A stretch of 63,721 bases of DNA, filler included, from Octopus bimaculoides (Eukaryota), in NCBI RefSeq assembly GCF_001194135.2. It is 5 parts of 5 records of this genome, joined end to end, with 100 filler letters (N's around TTAATTAATTAA, not from the genome) between each part and the next. Parts side by side here need not be neighbours in the genome. Positions count along the whole stretch, not along the records: positions 1 to 25,008 come from NC_068987.1; positions 25,109 to 46,914 come from NC_068984.1; 3 more parts are not named here. One strand, 5' to 3'. The notes beneath the pieces were generated by a model that did no database searches, had not been told where the DNA came from, and was given only the letters and a program-made list of their open reading frames with translations. The position numbers and the translations under genes are program-made. Below are positions 24,727-37,498 of this stretch, piece after piece (within the stretch, counting starts at the first letter, position 1; each line of letters begins with the position of its first letter).

Positions 24727-25008
24727 CATGTGAGAACGATAAATCACTGCTCCGAAATTTATCCAAAAATATCGGAAATAAAGACATCGCATGGAGCCAA
24801 AAAATAGCTGACAAAGGGTTGGACTATATCCGAGTAAATAATACTCAATGAAATTTATTTCTATTTTTCCAAATATAATGATGTATTTTAACTTGATACC
24901 TCCACTACCCGCACAGCGATCGTAAACATACGTGTTACATCAAAATCAGACCATCTCCAAACCCAAACACCATGTACAAAAAAATTACAAACAGATTAAA
25001 TAACACCG

Positions 25009-25108
25009 NNNNNNNNNNNNNNNNNNNNNNNNNNNNNNNNNNNNNNNNNNNNTTAATTAATTAANNNNNNNNNNNNNNNNNNNNNNNNNNNNNNNNNNNN
25101 NNNNNNNN
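25009..25108. other. Artificial scaffold spacer 44N-TTAATTAATTAA-44N
   Basis: Identical 100-nt construct at four places. The 12-mer gives a stop codon in all six frames. Confidence 0.95.
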
Positions 25109-25284
25109 TATATATATATATATGTGTAAACACTTGCAGCGTGGAAAGTGTTTATAAGCCATTTAAAAGCCCACAAGAACCGTTAGATTCACTTCGACAT
25201 GTAAATTTAATTTGTTAAAATATTTTCGTCGCTTTGAGGCCGCAACTTGTTCACTGAAAAAATTACGTGAGATGCAGCACGGAA

Positions 25285-26360
25285 TTTGATTTTGGCTTGG
25301 TTTGTATCGCTGGATGCCCTTCCTAACACCAACCACTCCAGGATTGTACGGGATACCTTTTACATGTCGCCTGTATAGGTGCCTTTTACGTACCATCAAT
25401 ACGAGTGCCTTTTACGTATTACCAGCACTGACCACAACTGCGATTTCCCTTGGCCTGATGAGTGCAGGAAACTGCCAAAGGCCTTGATCATTTGTCATCA
25501 CCTCCGTGAGACCCAGCATTAGAAGATCATCCTTCACCACCTTGTCGCATTTCTTCCTGGGTCTATTTGTTCCACAGTTTCCAACCACAGTTAGTGGTCG
25601 GCACATCTTTATGCAGCTGTCCTCATCCATTCGTATCACATGATCATACTAGTGCTGTTTTCTCTCTTGCGATTCACATTTGATGCTTCTTGTGCCGAAG
25701 TTTTCTCTCAAGTTGCTTACACTCTGTTGTATATACACACTGACATTGCACATCCAAGCCTTCACATATCCTCTGCAGCCATAGACCATGTTTCACTGCC
25801 ATGTAGTATAGCTGTCCATGCATAGGCATCATGCAATCTGTCTTTCACTCTGAAGGAGAGGCTCTTTGTTACCAATAGAGGTAGAAGCTCTCTGAACTTT
25901 GCCCAGCCTATTCTTACTCTAGTAGCTAGGCTCTCAAAGCATCCATCTACACTGCAGACTCAGTCACCCAAATAATGGAAGCTGTCAACTACTTCTAAGT
26001 ATCCCACCTGTCTTTTGACGGAGTCTTTTTCCAGTACACTTCTTGTGTTTATTGTACCTGTACATCTGCTACACACAAAGACTATTTTCCCTGTTAACTT
26101 TCCTCTGATATTACCGCACCTCTTATGTGTCCATAGCCTACACCAGGTACATCTTATGAAATTTCTACCTACGCCTTTTCTACATATCAAGCAGGGCCAT
26201 TTCCCTGAAGGGATTTGTGATTTGACTGCTCTCCTACTTACTAAGGCTTTGGATTTTGCTAAATTAACTCTATGGCCCTTTGATTCTAGTCTTGCTTCTA
26301 CACCTGAAATTTCTTCTCTATTCTTGTAGAGATTGGCTGGTGGACAGACCCTGAACAAAG
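25285..26360 (-). mobile_element. RTE-clade LINE 3' fragment with a PHD-type finger, degenerate
   Basis: LESKGHRVNLAKSK, C4-H-C3 finger, VVDSFHYLGD, RIRIGWAKFRELLPLL, LHGSETW, RPRKKCDKVVKDDL. The UTR carries CTGGATGCCCTTCCTAAC on the plus strand. Confidence 0.85.
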
Positions 26361-27049
26361 CTGCACAGAAAATTATGTCCGGTTACATGTGCAACTGCTA
26401 ATACTCTTTGCAACGGAAACATGTGTAAGTTGTAATAACCATAGACATCTGCTGTATGAAATTGTAAAATAGAAGGAAATAAATTTTGAGGATGAACAAG
26501 TCTCCATATTCTATATCATTATTGCTAATATACAATCCAGAAAATATTATCATCCAGAGAAGCGAACATGGAATTATTCATCAGGGAAATTTACAGTGTG
26601 TAACAACTCATAATTGTCATAGACGTTAAATATGAATCAATGCAGTTAGCTGTAACCAGGAATGTAATTGAGAGCCGCTACAGTATCCACCCTGATAATA
26701 TATCCCTCTAAATTCACACACGCATCTATATAGATATGCAGGGATAAATTTTCAGGCGGGCTCCACCGTAAGAGCTCTCAGATAGAGTTCAAGGTTCCAG
26801 CTTACCATATCAAGTAGTAAGAAGCACCATGGATTATCTAGGACGAGCAATTCCACTGTAAATCTTCTGATGGATAAATTCCAGGTTCACTTCACTGAAT
26901 TTTGGAGGAATTCTGTCAGATTAAATTATATACCTGTGGTATAAGGAGGTTACTTAAGATGTCCATATGAAAGGTGTTCTCGTTAAGTGAGTTTCATATT
27001 ATATGGAAGTCATTGTGAACTTTATGTGTTGCTATGATTTATAAGAAAG

Positions 27050-27440
27050 ATATTTTAACCTGTTGAGAACGTTGATAACAAGAGCACTCGAGAGTGCAAA
27101 CCTCCACCAAGGCAGCACCAAGTACTCCGAATTGGAAGTGGAAATGACAAGACTGTAGGGAATGCGAGAGGGTAATGTAAAAGTGATGATCGGATCGTTG
27201 GACTCAATCCTATAGCAACCTCAAGACTTCTTAAGGCAACTGGAAATCCCATGCAAAACTGATGTCTTGCAAAAAGCTACCTTATCGTGCACAGCACACA
27301 TCTTAAGGAAAGTATTATCTCTCTCCGAGGTCGTTGTTGTGACTTGACAGATGACTAAAGACTCCGGTGCATTTTTACCTACACAGTGTTACGAAGAAGG
27401 AATGATAATAATAATGATAATAATAATAATAATAATTACA
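27050..27440 (+). mobile_element. R4/Dong-type LINE 3' fragment with (AAT)n tail
   Basis: KYSELEVEMTRL, LEIPCKTDVLQKATLSCTAHILRKVLSL (cf. LQKAALLGTAHILRKVL), short UTR, AAT tail. Confidence 0.75.
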
Positions 27441-27451
27441 TGAGCCGCACT

Positions 27452-27497
<46 letters not shown>

Positions 27498-27725
27498 GCT
27501 ATTGCGGCTACTACTGCTGATATTACCGCTGCTGCTGCCACTACTGCTACTGCTACTGCTACTGCTACTACTCATGCAGCTGCTACTGCTACCATTGCTA
27601 CTACTACTGCTGCTGCTACTACTGGTACTGCTGCTACTATTCCCACTGCCGCTGCTGCTGCTGATAGTGATATTGCTGCTGCTACTACAACTACTGGTGG
27701 TGCTGCTGTTGCTAATGATGATAAA
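27440..27725. repeat. (CTA)n/(CTG)n degenerate trinucleotide repeat
   Basis: Visible directly in the sequence. Confidence 0.9.
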
Positions 27726-27829
27726 TGCGGCCCCCGTATGAAGATTAGTGGTTAACAAATACATAAAAATAAAAAAAATAAATAAATAAAAATTTAATAA
27801 AAATTTAACTTTGCTTAAAAAGAAAAGAA

Positions 27830-30800
27830 AATTTCAAACAGTAGACCGAATCGCTTGTCCAATGGTTATTCAGGAAGCTGTCAGCCTGACGACGAAAAAT
27901 TTTCAAATGGCAGAATATCTTCCCCGAATACGAACCTGGAAGGTCACTTAAACGGGATTTGTCCCAAATTAAGCCCCCAAAGTCCACCACCACAACGACC
28001 ACAAAATCAAAAATGTAAAAGAACTAAATGGAACCGGGAAGAATATAAAGAAGTAATATACGCTGATTACGTTGCATTAAGTAGGCCAACCGAAGAGAAA
28101 CACACCACAAACTCCTTCAGAGTTTGGAGGAGCCGGAATCCAGCTAGCAGACCAAATCTAGACGAAAACAGATTAGCAAATGTTAGAAGAGATATCCTCA
28201 GAAATACCAGACTCACAGATGCAGAATTAACCTCTATTAAAAAAAAGTGGTAGAGAATGACCTAAATATAAGTCAGGAAAGAAATAACGAAGCAGAGGAG
28301 AGGAATGTTGGACCACAAGCATTGACTGAAAGGCGACCATCTGCCGAAGCCACTCAAGAGCCTGAAGAAAAAGTAGAATATAATGACCCTAGGAAAAACA
28401 ACCAGGAAATTGATGTCGAAACAGAATTTGAAGACCACATATTTGCTGAACAACACAGAAAATCTATCATTGAAATGAAGCAGGAAGTTCTGAATGAGCC
28501 TTCAGTTGTAGGGCATACAAATATGAATGATAGGGAACCACTCCATAAACTCCCAAATGCACACCAACATAAAACGCAAATAAAAATTGGTAACTGCGTT
28601 ACAGAAGAAATCATACAACAACTAAAACCCGATCTTAAATGAAATTATTTACTCTGTTGCTAAGGTAATCGAAAGACGCTTTTTAACACCCAAAAAGCCA
28701 ACAGTACCAAATTCGAAAAGAAAATCAAACTGGAGGAGTAGAATTGAAACTGAGATTGAATCATTGCGAAGGGAGATATCAATATTAACTGAGCTAATCT
28801 CTGGAAATGATATAAGATCAAGAAAAAGCAGGAAGATCGTGAGAAAATATGGACTCTCAACAAGAGAAAAACTAATGTCAGCGAATGAAACGCTTAAACA
28901 AAAAGTTCAAGCAAAAGGTCAGAGAATACGCAGATTTGAGAAAAGAATCAGATTCTACAGGCAAAATAAGATGTTCAAATCCAATGCCAAATCATTTAAC
29001 AGGGAAATATGGAAAGAAAAACTAACCATTGAAAATCAACCCCTAATAGAAGAAGTTGAAAACTTTTGGAAAGGGATCTGGAGTGATGAGAAACCATACA
29101 ATGAAAATGCAGACTGGATCAAACGCACCCAAGATGCCTACAAAAATCTACAAGAACAGGTATGCGAAGACATCTCAATCGCCGACCTAAGGAGGGCATT
29201 AACGAAGGCTCATAAGTGGAAATCCCCTGGTACTGATAGAGTACCAAATTTCTGGCTCTCATCCCTCTCGTCCGCACACAAAATGTTAGTAATACTATTT
29301 AATAGTATTATGAAAGACCCAGAAAAAAAAACTCCCCATTGGATGGCAAATGGTATTACTTACCTCATCCCTAAAAATAACGAAACCAAAAACTCAAAAA
29401 ACTACCGGCCTATAACATGTTTGTCTACTACCTATAAGATTTTGACATGTATTCTAGTGGAGAAAACATATACGTTTATGGAAGAGAATAACCTCTTTCC
29501 TACTGAACAAAAAGGATGCAGACGAGGCTCATACGGATGCAAAGATCTGCTCCTAATTAATCGCATGATCCTTGAGAACTGCCATAACAAGCACAGAAAT
29601 CTCAGCTCTTCATGGATTGATTATAAAAAAGCCTTTGACAGCATACCACATTCGTGGATTCTGAAATCGATGGACATATTCAAAATTTCTCCAGTGATTT
29701 CAGATTTTTTAAAGTATAATATGTCACTATGGAACACGAAGCTGCAATTATATCATTCTAATGGAGTATTGCGCTCAAACAATATTAGCATAAACTGTGG
29801 CATTTTCCAAGATGACTTACTTTCACCACTAATTTTCTGCATAGCACTAATACCACTCTCAAGTGAACTGAATAGAACAGGGTATGGCTACAAAATTGAC
29901 AACAGGAAAATAAGCCATCTATTTTATATGGATGATTTAAAACTATATGGCAAAGATGATGAAGAGCTTGAAGGACTACTACATACTGTGAAAGGATTCA
30001 GTGATGATATCGGGATGGAGTTTGGCCTTGAAAAGTGTGCCAAAGCCACTTTTAAGAAAGGGAAACTGGTAAAGTCAAGTTCAATAGAATTAGANNNNNN
30101 NNNNNNNNNNNNNNNNNNNNNNNNNNNNNNNNNNNNNNNNNNNNNNNNNNNNNNNNNNNNNNNNNNNNNNNNNNNNNNNNNNNNNNNNNNNNNNNNNNNN
30201 NNNNNNNNNNNNNNNNNNNNNNNNNNNNNNNNNNNNNNNNNNNNNNNNNNNNNNNNNNNNNNNNNNNNNNNNNNNNNNNNNNNNNNNNNNNNNNNNNNNN
30301 NNNNNNNNNNNNNNNNNNNNNNNNNNNNNNNNNNNNNNNNNNNNNNNNNNNNNNNNNNNNNNNNNNNNNNNNNNNNNNNNNNNNNNNNNNNNNNNNNNNN
30401 NNNNNNNNNNNNNNNNNNNNNNNNNNNNNNNNNNNNNNNNNNNNNNNNNNNNNNNNNNNNNNNNNNNNNNNNNNNNNNNNNNNNNNNNNNNNNNNNNNNN
30501 NNNNNNNNNNNNNNNNNNNNNNNNNTAACTGCTCAAGACCAAAGCTTATTAACCCGGAACTACCAAGCCAATGTGATAAAAAATGGAGCTGACCCAAAAT
30601 GCCGATTCTGTAACGATGAGATTGAAACTATAGACCACCTAATCTCAGGGTGTAGAGTCTTAGTACCTGTAGAATATAAAGCAAGACATGACCGAGTGGG
30701 CCAGTATTTACACTGGACAATATGTCGGCATTATAAAATCAAAACCGCTAACAAATGGTATAAACACCATCCTGAAGTTGTGACTGAGTGAGAAAATGTA

Positions 30801-31195
30801 TCGATTCTCTGGGACTTCCCCGTACAAGCCGACAAGGCTATAAAAGCTAATAAACCGGATATTATTATAAAAGATCAGACAAAAAAGAAGTGTTTATTAA
30901 TTGACATGAGTATTCCTTGCGATCATAATATAGCGGTGAAAGAAGTTGACAAGATCAGTAAATATAAAGACTTGCTAATAGAAATTGAAAAAATGTGGCA
31001 TCTCAAGGCGATTGTAGGATCTCTAGGAATGATAAAAAAAAGGTACTGAAACCTATTTGAAAACGATACCAGGCTTACCATCCCTACAGGAAGTGCAAAA
31101 AATCGTGCTAACTGGAACGACTCATGTACTAAGAAGAGCATTATCACTGTGGAAACAACATCCATTCATGAATTTATTTATTTATTTATTTTTTT
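27830..31195 (+). mobile_element. Near full-length R4/Dong-clade non-LTR retrotransposon (RT + CCHC + restriction-like endonuclease), inactivated
   Basis: N-terminus RTKWNREEY..DENRLANVRRDI. RT motifs KWKSPGTD, YRPITCL, EQKGC, WIDYKKAFDSIPH, GIFQDDLLSPL, HLFYMDDLKLY. Knuckle CRFCNDEIETIDHLISGC. RLE KPDIIIKD..LIDMSIP..KISKY. End VQKIVLTGTTHVLRRALS and (TTTA)n. Has stops, frameshifts and an N gap. Confidence 0.93.
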
Positions 31196-31350
31196 AAATA
31201 CACATTTTACCTGTGAATTTGCGTGTGTAAACTGGGAATGCATACAATGAGCTTCTCTGCCCTAAGTGTACGGAAAACACTCGGCAGGAAATGAAAGAAA
31301 ATTTGAAGAAAGAAAAACAACAACAACAACAACAACATAATAATAATAAC

Positions 31351-31395
<45 letters not shown>

Positions 31396-31400
<5 letters not shown>

Positions 31401-32499
31401 CAAACAAGAAATCAATCTACCTAACAAATACGAAGAAGAAGAAGAAGAAACAACAAAAGCTATAAAACAAATGAAATCCAAACTAAAACTAGAACAGCAA
31501 CGGACCATGATAAAACGATGGCAAGAAAAGCCCCTACATGGTAAANNNNNNNNNNNNNNNNNNNNNNNNNNNNNNNNNNNNNNNNNNNNNNNNNNNNNNN
31601 NNNNNNNNNNNNNNNNNNNNNNNNNNNNNNNNNNNNNNNNNNNNNNNNNNNNNNNNNNNNNNNNNNNNNNNNNNNNNNNNNNNNNNNNNNNNNNNNNNNN
31701 NNNNNNNNNNNNNNNNNNNNNNNNNNNNNNNNNNNNNNNNNNNNNNNNNNNNNNNNNNNNNNNNNNNNNNNNNNNNNNNNNNNNNNNNNNNNNNNNNNNN
31801 NNNNNNNNNNNNNNNNNNNNNNNNNNNNNNNNNNNNNNNNNNNNNNNNNNNNNNNNNNNNNNNNNNNNNNNNNNNNNNNNNNNNNNNNNNNNNNNNNNNN
31901 NNNNNNNNNNNNNNNNNNNNNNNNNNNNNNNNNNNNNNNNNNNNNNNNNNNNNNNNNNNNNNNNNNNNNNNNNNNNNNNNNNNNNNNNNNNNNNNNNNNN
32001 NNNNNNNNNNNNNNNNNNNNNNNNNNNNNNNNNNNNNNNNNNNNNNNNNNNNNNNNNNNNNNNNNNNNNNNNNNNNNNNNNNNNNNNNNNNNNNNNNNNN
32101 NNNNNNNNNNNNNNNNNNNNNNNNNNNNNNNNNNNNNNNNNNNNNNNNNNNNNNNNNNNNNNNNNNNNNNNNNNNNNNNNNNNNNNNNNNNNNNNNNNNN
32201 NNNNNNNNNNNNNNNNNNNNNNNNNNNNNNNNNNNNNNNNNNNNNNNNNNNNNNNNNNNNAGGTGCCTTAGGTATAATAAAAAAATATTCAGACAAATAC
32301 ATAACAAAAACACCAGGACTTACAAATATATATAACATACAGAAAATTGCACTACTGGGTACTGCACACATTCTACGCAAAACACTTTCAATACAGTAAA
32401 CATAAGAGCACCACAGCAAACCACAGCACATACCCAAGGCGCACAGAGCTGCGCTCGGTAGTGAAGTGAAAGCACGTTATAAAAATAAAACTACTGAAC

Positions 32500-32565
<66 letters not shown>
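31396..32565 (+). mobile_element. 5'-truncated R4/Dong-type LINE inside an (AAT)n tract (middle in N gap)
   Basis: MKSKLKLEQQRTMIKRWQEKPLHGK before the gap and GALGIIKKYSDKYITKTPGLTNIYNIQKIALLGTAHILRKTLSIQ* after it. (AAT)n on both sides. Confidence 0.8.
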
Positions 32566-32568
<3 letters not shown>

Positions 32569-32749
32569 AACCCTTTCTATTGCAGGCAGCAATTTAGGAT
32601 AGGCCCACTCACTCAAGTCCTCCTTCTCACATTCCCCCTCCTCCTCCTTTCAGCAAATTTACTAAAGTGGCAGAACATTTCTCTCAGCCTTTACTTTTCT
32701 TTCCAAATGAAATTCAAAATGAAAGTCGATGAGAGCTTGACCAAAGAGG

Positions 32750-33720
32750 AAAATGCCTGTATTCAGTCCTTCGAGACAGCGTCCACCTTATAATCTCTTC
32801 CACCATAGACACCAGACAGAGGAAAGCTGCCTTTCTTCCCTGGGCAAGAAAAGAGGCAGAGCGATTTTCACAATGGAGTCGGCTGATAGCCGGATCTGTC
32901 CTACACTACAGCATCTGTTTGATGTAACTCCATAAGTCAGTAATCCTCGATCGCCATATGATCGCATGCAATACGGTTACGTCACTCAGCGTGCATCTCG
33001 AGAGGGGCGGCTGACGGCACCATCATGTACTCGGTAGCACTAGCTAGTTGATTTTCATCGGTGTTTTGAGTATCTCTGGGGGCATTGTCACTCTTACCAA
33101 CCACTCATCCTCTATGAAACACCATGGTGGAATATCCGCCAACTGCATTGTCCAAATGATTGAGAGCTGTGAGAGCTTGATGGCACCTAAGGTGCCAAGC
33201 ACTCAGCCTTGTCTACGCTTGAAATGGGGCTGCAACCCTATCAAAGACGAGTTGCGGAAATGCACGTCTAACAAACGATTACCACACCTTCTCACAGTCA
33301 AGGAAACTTTGGATGTGTCGTCACCTCATCACATGTCTGTGCATCATCAGCCCCAGCATCCCCAAGCTTCTATGCAGCGGATGTTGACAGTTAATAGACT
33401 GTCAGACTTGCAGAACGCATCCTCTCCACAAAATGGAAGAGTATTCTGGTCAGCCATAGAGCAAGGAAAAATACAGCAATCAGCTAGTAGTAGAGGAGGG
33501 ATGCAATGTTGGCATTCTCCATTTCTCTTCGACCCTTCGGGGATATTTTCCTCACCCATTTCTAGGTAAGATTAGCCACCTTGCTCGTCACCTCTTCCTA
33601 GTTTTTGTCCATCTGGAGGCCTGGATCGTCCAGACCCCAACAATGTTGTTGGATGGCATGGACGTGCCTCTCTAGGTACCGAGTTGCAGGCCCAAGGACT
33701 TCTGGTTAGCTTTTGCTCCT
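32750..33720 (-). mobile_element. L1/Tx1-clade LINE ORF2 C-terminal fragment, degenerate
   Basis: EEVTSKVANLT*KW, LWRGCVLQV..CQHPLHRSLGMLGLMMHRHVMR*RHIQSFLDCEKVW. Homologous to 35030-35150. Confidence 0.7.
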
Positions 33721-34416
33721 ATTAACGCCTCCGAATACCTTAGGAAAAAAACGATCGCTTTGATGTGTTTCATGTCCGATACTATTAAAGTGACATCGTC
33801 CGCATATGCAAGCACAGATCTTCCACATCCTAGTTCTTGCGGGATGCGCCTCTTCCAGCTTTTACAGTAGTGACTCCAAAGTGAATATGAATAAAAGAAT
33901 TGAGAATGGTCGATCCAATGCTGAACGATTCCGACAGGTGACCATATACTCGGAAGACCACCAAGTATTGATCAGTTCGAATCTTCGATCTAATATTTAA
34001 TCTTAAAGTTAGACTCAAACCCTAAACTTCATTATAGATCCAAATGAATGGCAGCCGATGACAAAAAATAGTCCGTTATCCTTCGTTAACTTAGTCAAAC
34101 ACATGCATCCACCACTTGGCGAATATCTTACTCGACTACGTAGGGATTTCATAATAACAGTAACTAAACCTCTTTTCAAAAAGCTCAAGAGAATGAATCT
34201 CCTCGTGTTGTTTATCTTTTCCTAGAATCACACATTTGTTTCTGACTGAATATGAATGGTTGTCAGAAATGACTGCTTGTCGATTTACTATCGATTTCCG
34301 ATGAAGCTTTTTAAATTTTTTTTTATTTAAGCTGTGTCCATTACTTATCTAAACAACAACAAAAATAGATTCTCATTTATGATTTGTTTACATACACGCG
34401 CGCGCACTCACACACA

Positions 34417-34451
<35 letters not shown>

Positions 34452-35029
34452 TCTCTGTCTCACTCACACACACACACACANNNNNNNNNNNNNNNNNNNN
34501 NNNNNNNNNNNNNNNNNNNNNNNNNNNNNNNNNNNNNNNNNNNNNNNNNNNNNNNNNNNNNNNNNNNNNNNNNNNNNNNNNNNNNNNNNNNNNNNNNNNN
34601 NNNNNNNNNNNNNNNNNNNNNNNNNNNNNNNNNNNNNNNNNNNNNNNNNNNNNNNNNNNNNNNNNNNNNNNNNNNNNNNNNNNNNNNNNNNNNNNNNNNN
34701 NNNNNNNNNNNNNNNNNNNNNNNNNNNNNNNNNNNNNNNNNNNNNNNNNNNNNNNNNNNNNNNNNNNNNNNNNNNNNNNNNNNNNNNNNNNNNNNNNNNN
34801 NNNNNNNNNNNNNNNNNNNNNNNNNNNNNNNNNNNNNNNNNNNNNNNNNNNNNNNNNNNNNNNNNNNNNNNNNNNNNNNNNNNNNNNNNNNNNNNNNNNN
34901 NNNNNNNNNNNNNNNNNNNNNNNNNNNNNNNNNNNNNNNNNNNNNNNNNNNNNNNNNNNNNNNNNNNNNNNNNNNNNNNNNNNNNNNNNNNNNNNNNNNN
35001 NNNNNNTCTAGACCTCTAGAAACCGTTAA

Positions 35030-35985
35030 AGGGTGGACTAGGAATGCCTTGGTTGTTGATGCGCAGGCATACGCTGAGACTAAGGCATCTCTGGTGTTAC
35101 CTGGATGGTGAGCAGGTGTGGTCACCGCACGTCAGACACTTGTTCCCGTATTTGGATTCCCTTGTGGAATCAGGCACATGGATCAAGCGTAGACCAAGGA
35201 AGGGAGATTAGGAGAGGGAGTGCAGGCAAGCATTCACTCTCTTCTCCCGGGTGAGCAATGCCGGCAGCAGGGCTACCACTGCGGATTTTTATAGAGGGTT
35301 GGTAGAGCGCAAGTCTGGTGATGTCCTGGGGGAAACTCCGGGCTTCGATGAGGAGCAACTGACCAGCCTGTTTAGAAGAACCTTCGGGCCGAGGTATCTG
35401 GATAATCACCAGAAATCCTTGGCCTGGTTGTGTTATCGATCGGCCTTACCTGTTCGGGAGAGGCTGTCAAGGCACGGTTGTGACATCTCCCCCATGTGCC
35501 CGAGGTGCGAGCGTGACAGTGAAACGGTCATGCACGCCTTCGTACACTGCGAGGAGTTAAAAGTATTGATAGCCTATGCCGAACGGCTGTTGTCGGACGT
35601 GGAAGGAGTACGGCTCTCGACTGAGTCCATGATAAAGATTGTACCATCTTCGCAGTTTAACAACGAAAGAAGGTCATCTTTTCTGTGTATAGTGGCCTTG
35701 CTGAAAGAAACGGTATGGAAGACGTGCGTGCAAGGAGTTGCGACAGGCTGCTTCATCTCCGGACAAGGGCGGATAAACTTTTTTAGTTGCCTCTTGTCCC
35801 AAAAGATTCGTCTAGAAAAGCGGAGCCTGTCGCAGAGTGTATTCAATAAAAGGTGGATGTCTGTGGTAAGAAAGATGATTATAAAGGGAGCTGCGCTTGC
35901 ATAGACAGTCAAAAGAGAGAAAAAAAAGATTAAAAAAAAGAAAAGAAAAAGGAAAAAAGAGGAAAAAAGGGGGGAAAAAAGTAAA
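35030..35985 (+). mobile_element. L1/Tx1-clade LINE 3' end with zf-RVT-like Cys/His motif and A-rich tail
   Basis: PLKGGLGMPWLLMRRHTLRLRHL, LAWLCYRSALPVRERLSRHG..CPRCERDSETVMHAFVHC, stop at 35904, A-rich tract 35910-35985. Confidence 0.85.
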
Positions 35986-37054
35986 ATAACCGGCGGGTCA
36001 ATAAATTGAACCCTGAACTTTTTACCTATTTCATTTTAATCATTTTCATTTTAATTTTTAACTTTAAAAGTGTATAATTGCAAATTTTTTAACCCATTCG
36101 CATCGTCCAAAGTTTTGCAAGATGTGTGTATGTCTGTCCAACGTCCTTTGTTTTGTCCCATCTATATATAACCTTTTATGGTTAATAAAGAAAAACTTTG
36201 GCCCTAGACCTTCTAAGGTCTCGTCACTGACCACAGAGCACCAGGCAGTTCCAGCGACGACACACCACCGTTCAACTGTTTACTACAAGCTTCTTCGTCG
36301 CCAGCGTCTACACCGACGTCTCTACGTACACACCGCCAACAGCGCCCGCACAGTTTCTCTCGACACTGTTTGTGTGAATTTCTTCACCATGAATAACAGC
36401 CAGAATTCAACCTGCGAGAACTCCTGTACCAAGTAACCGACTCGGCATGGAAGCCTCAACTTCTCGCGACATGTGACTCTTCGGCTTTGCTTCGACGCCA
36501 TAACCTCTTGTACAGTACTTCAGCCTACTGTGTACCATAGATACGAACTGGTATTTCGTATCCTTCTGTCTGGACTTTCTCCTAACGTCCTTATTATAGA
36601 CTGTTTTCTATGCTCTGTATCTCTTGCATTCGTATACACATATTTGTATACACACACTCTTGTTTACATGACGGCCTGTCTTATATTGTGTTTTATGTCG
36701 CATTCACACTCACACAGACATTCTAGTTGACTAACAAGAAATCTTATCTTCGTATATTGTCACCGGTTGAGTCTCTCTCTTTTCTTATAGGCACTTACCT
36801 CATTCCATCTTTTTGTTTTATTTATATATTTGTGCCGACCGTGCGATGCGCTAAAGGAGCCGTTCCTTTGTCACCATCTCCTGGTCGCTACAAGAGTTAT
36901 ACACTCACCTTCATAAGCTTACATCTGTTTCTGCTATAAGAAGCAGTGTACTCAGAACTGAGTGCTTGTGCAACATTTTATAGATTCATTAGGCCCATTA
37001 ATAGGATAGGATGTTGCACAAACTTTCAAGAAGAGCGAGTAGTAAAAGAAAGGG

Positions 37055-37498
37055 GGTCAGAAATACACATACCACAATATATTGTCATACGCTCTGATAG
37101 AAAATGAAGGAGCCATGGTGGAGTTGTTGTGTACATTCGAGAGGATCTCACGCCCCAAGTTCTACATTCATTCAAATTTAGTGATACTCAAATTGTACAC
37201 ATAAGACAAGTTGATATTGTCATATATACTACATATCGTCCACCGGATGCTCCAAATCATACAGGTAAGTTTGAAGACTGCCTAGCAAAGATATAAGTTC
37301 TCACCAGACAGGAACAACATAACAGTGTATTCCTTTTAAGTGACTTTAACTTCCCCCAATGTGGGGTGGCCTGGGGCAATATGCTCCCAGAAATAACACA
37401 CAATCAGCAAGCACAGGCGGAGTACTTAATCATCTTACCAATGCTTCTTTTGTGGAGCAAATTCTGCTGCAACCAGCCAGAGCAAATAATATACTGGA
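37055..37498 (+). mobile_element. CR1/L2-type LINE apurinic endonuclease fragment, cut off by the satellite
   Basis: EIHIPQYIVIRSDRK*RSHGGVVVYI, YRPPD, LLSDFNFP-N.GW, FVEQILLQPARANNILE (cf. GDFN and Q.V..PTR..NILDL). Confidence 0.75.

Noticed and set aside
27375-27764. Poly-Ser and poly-Leu ORFs
   Set aside because: Translations of (CTA)n/(CTG)n microsatellite.
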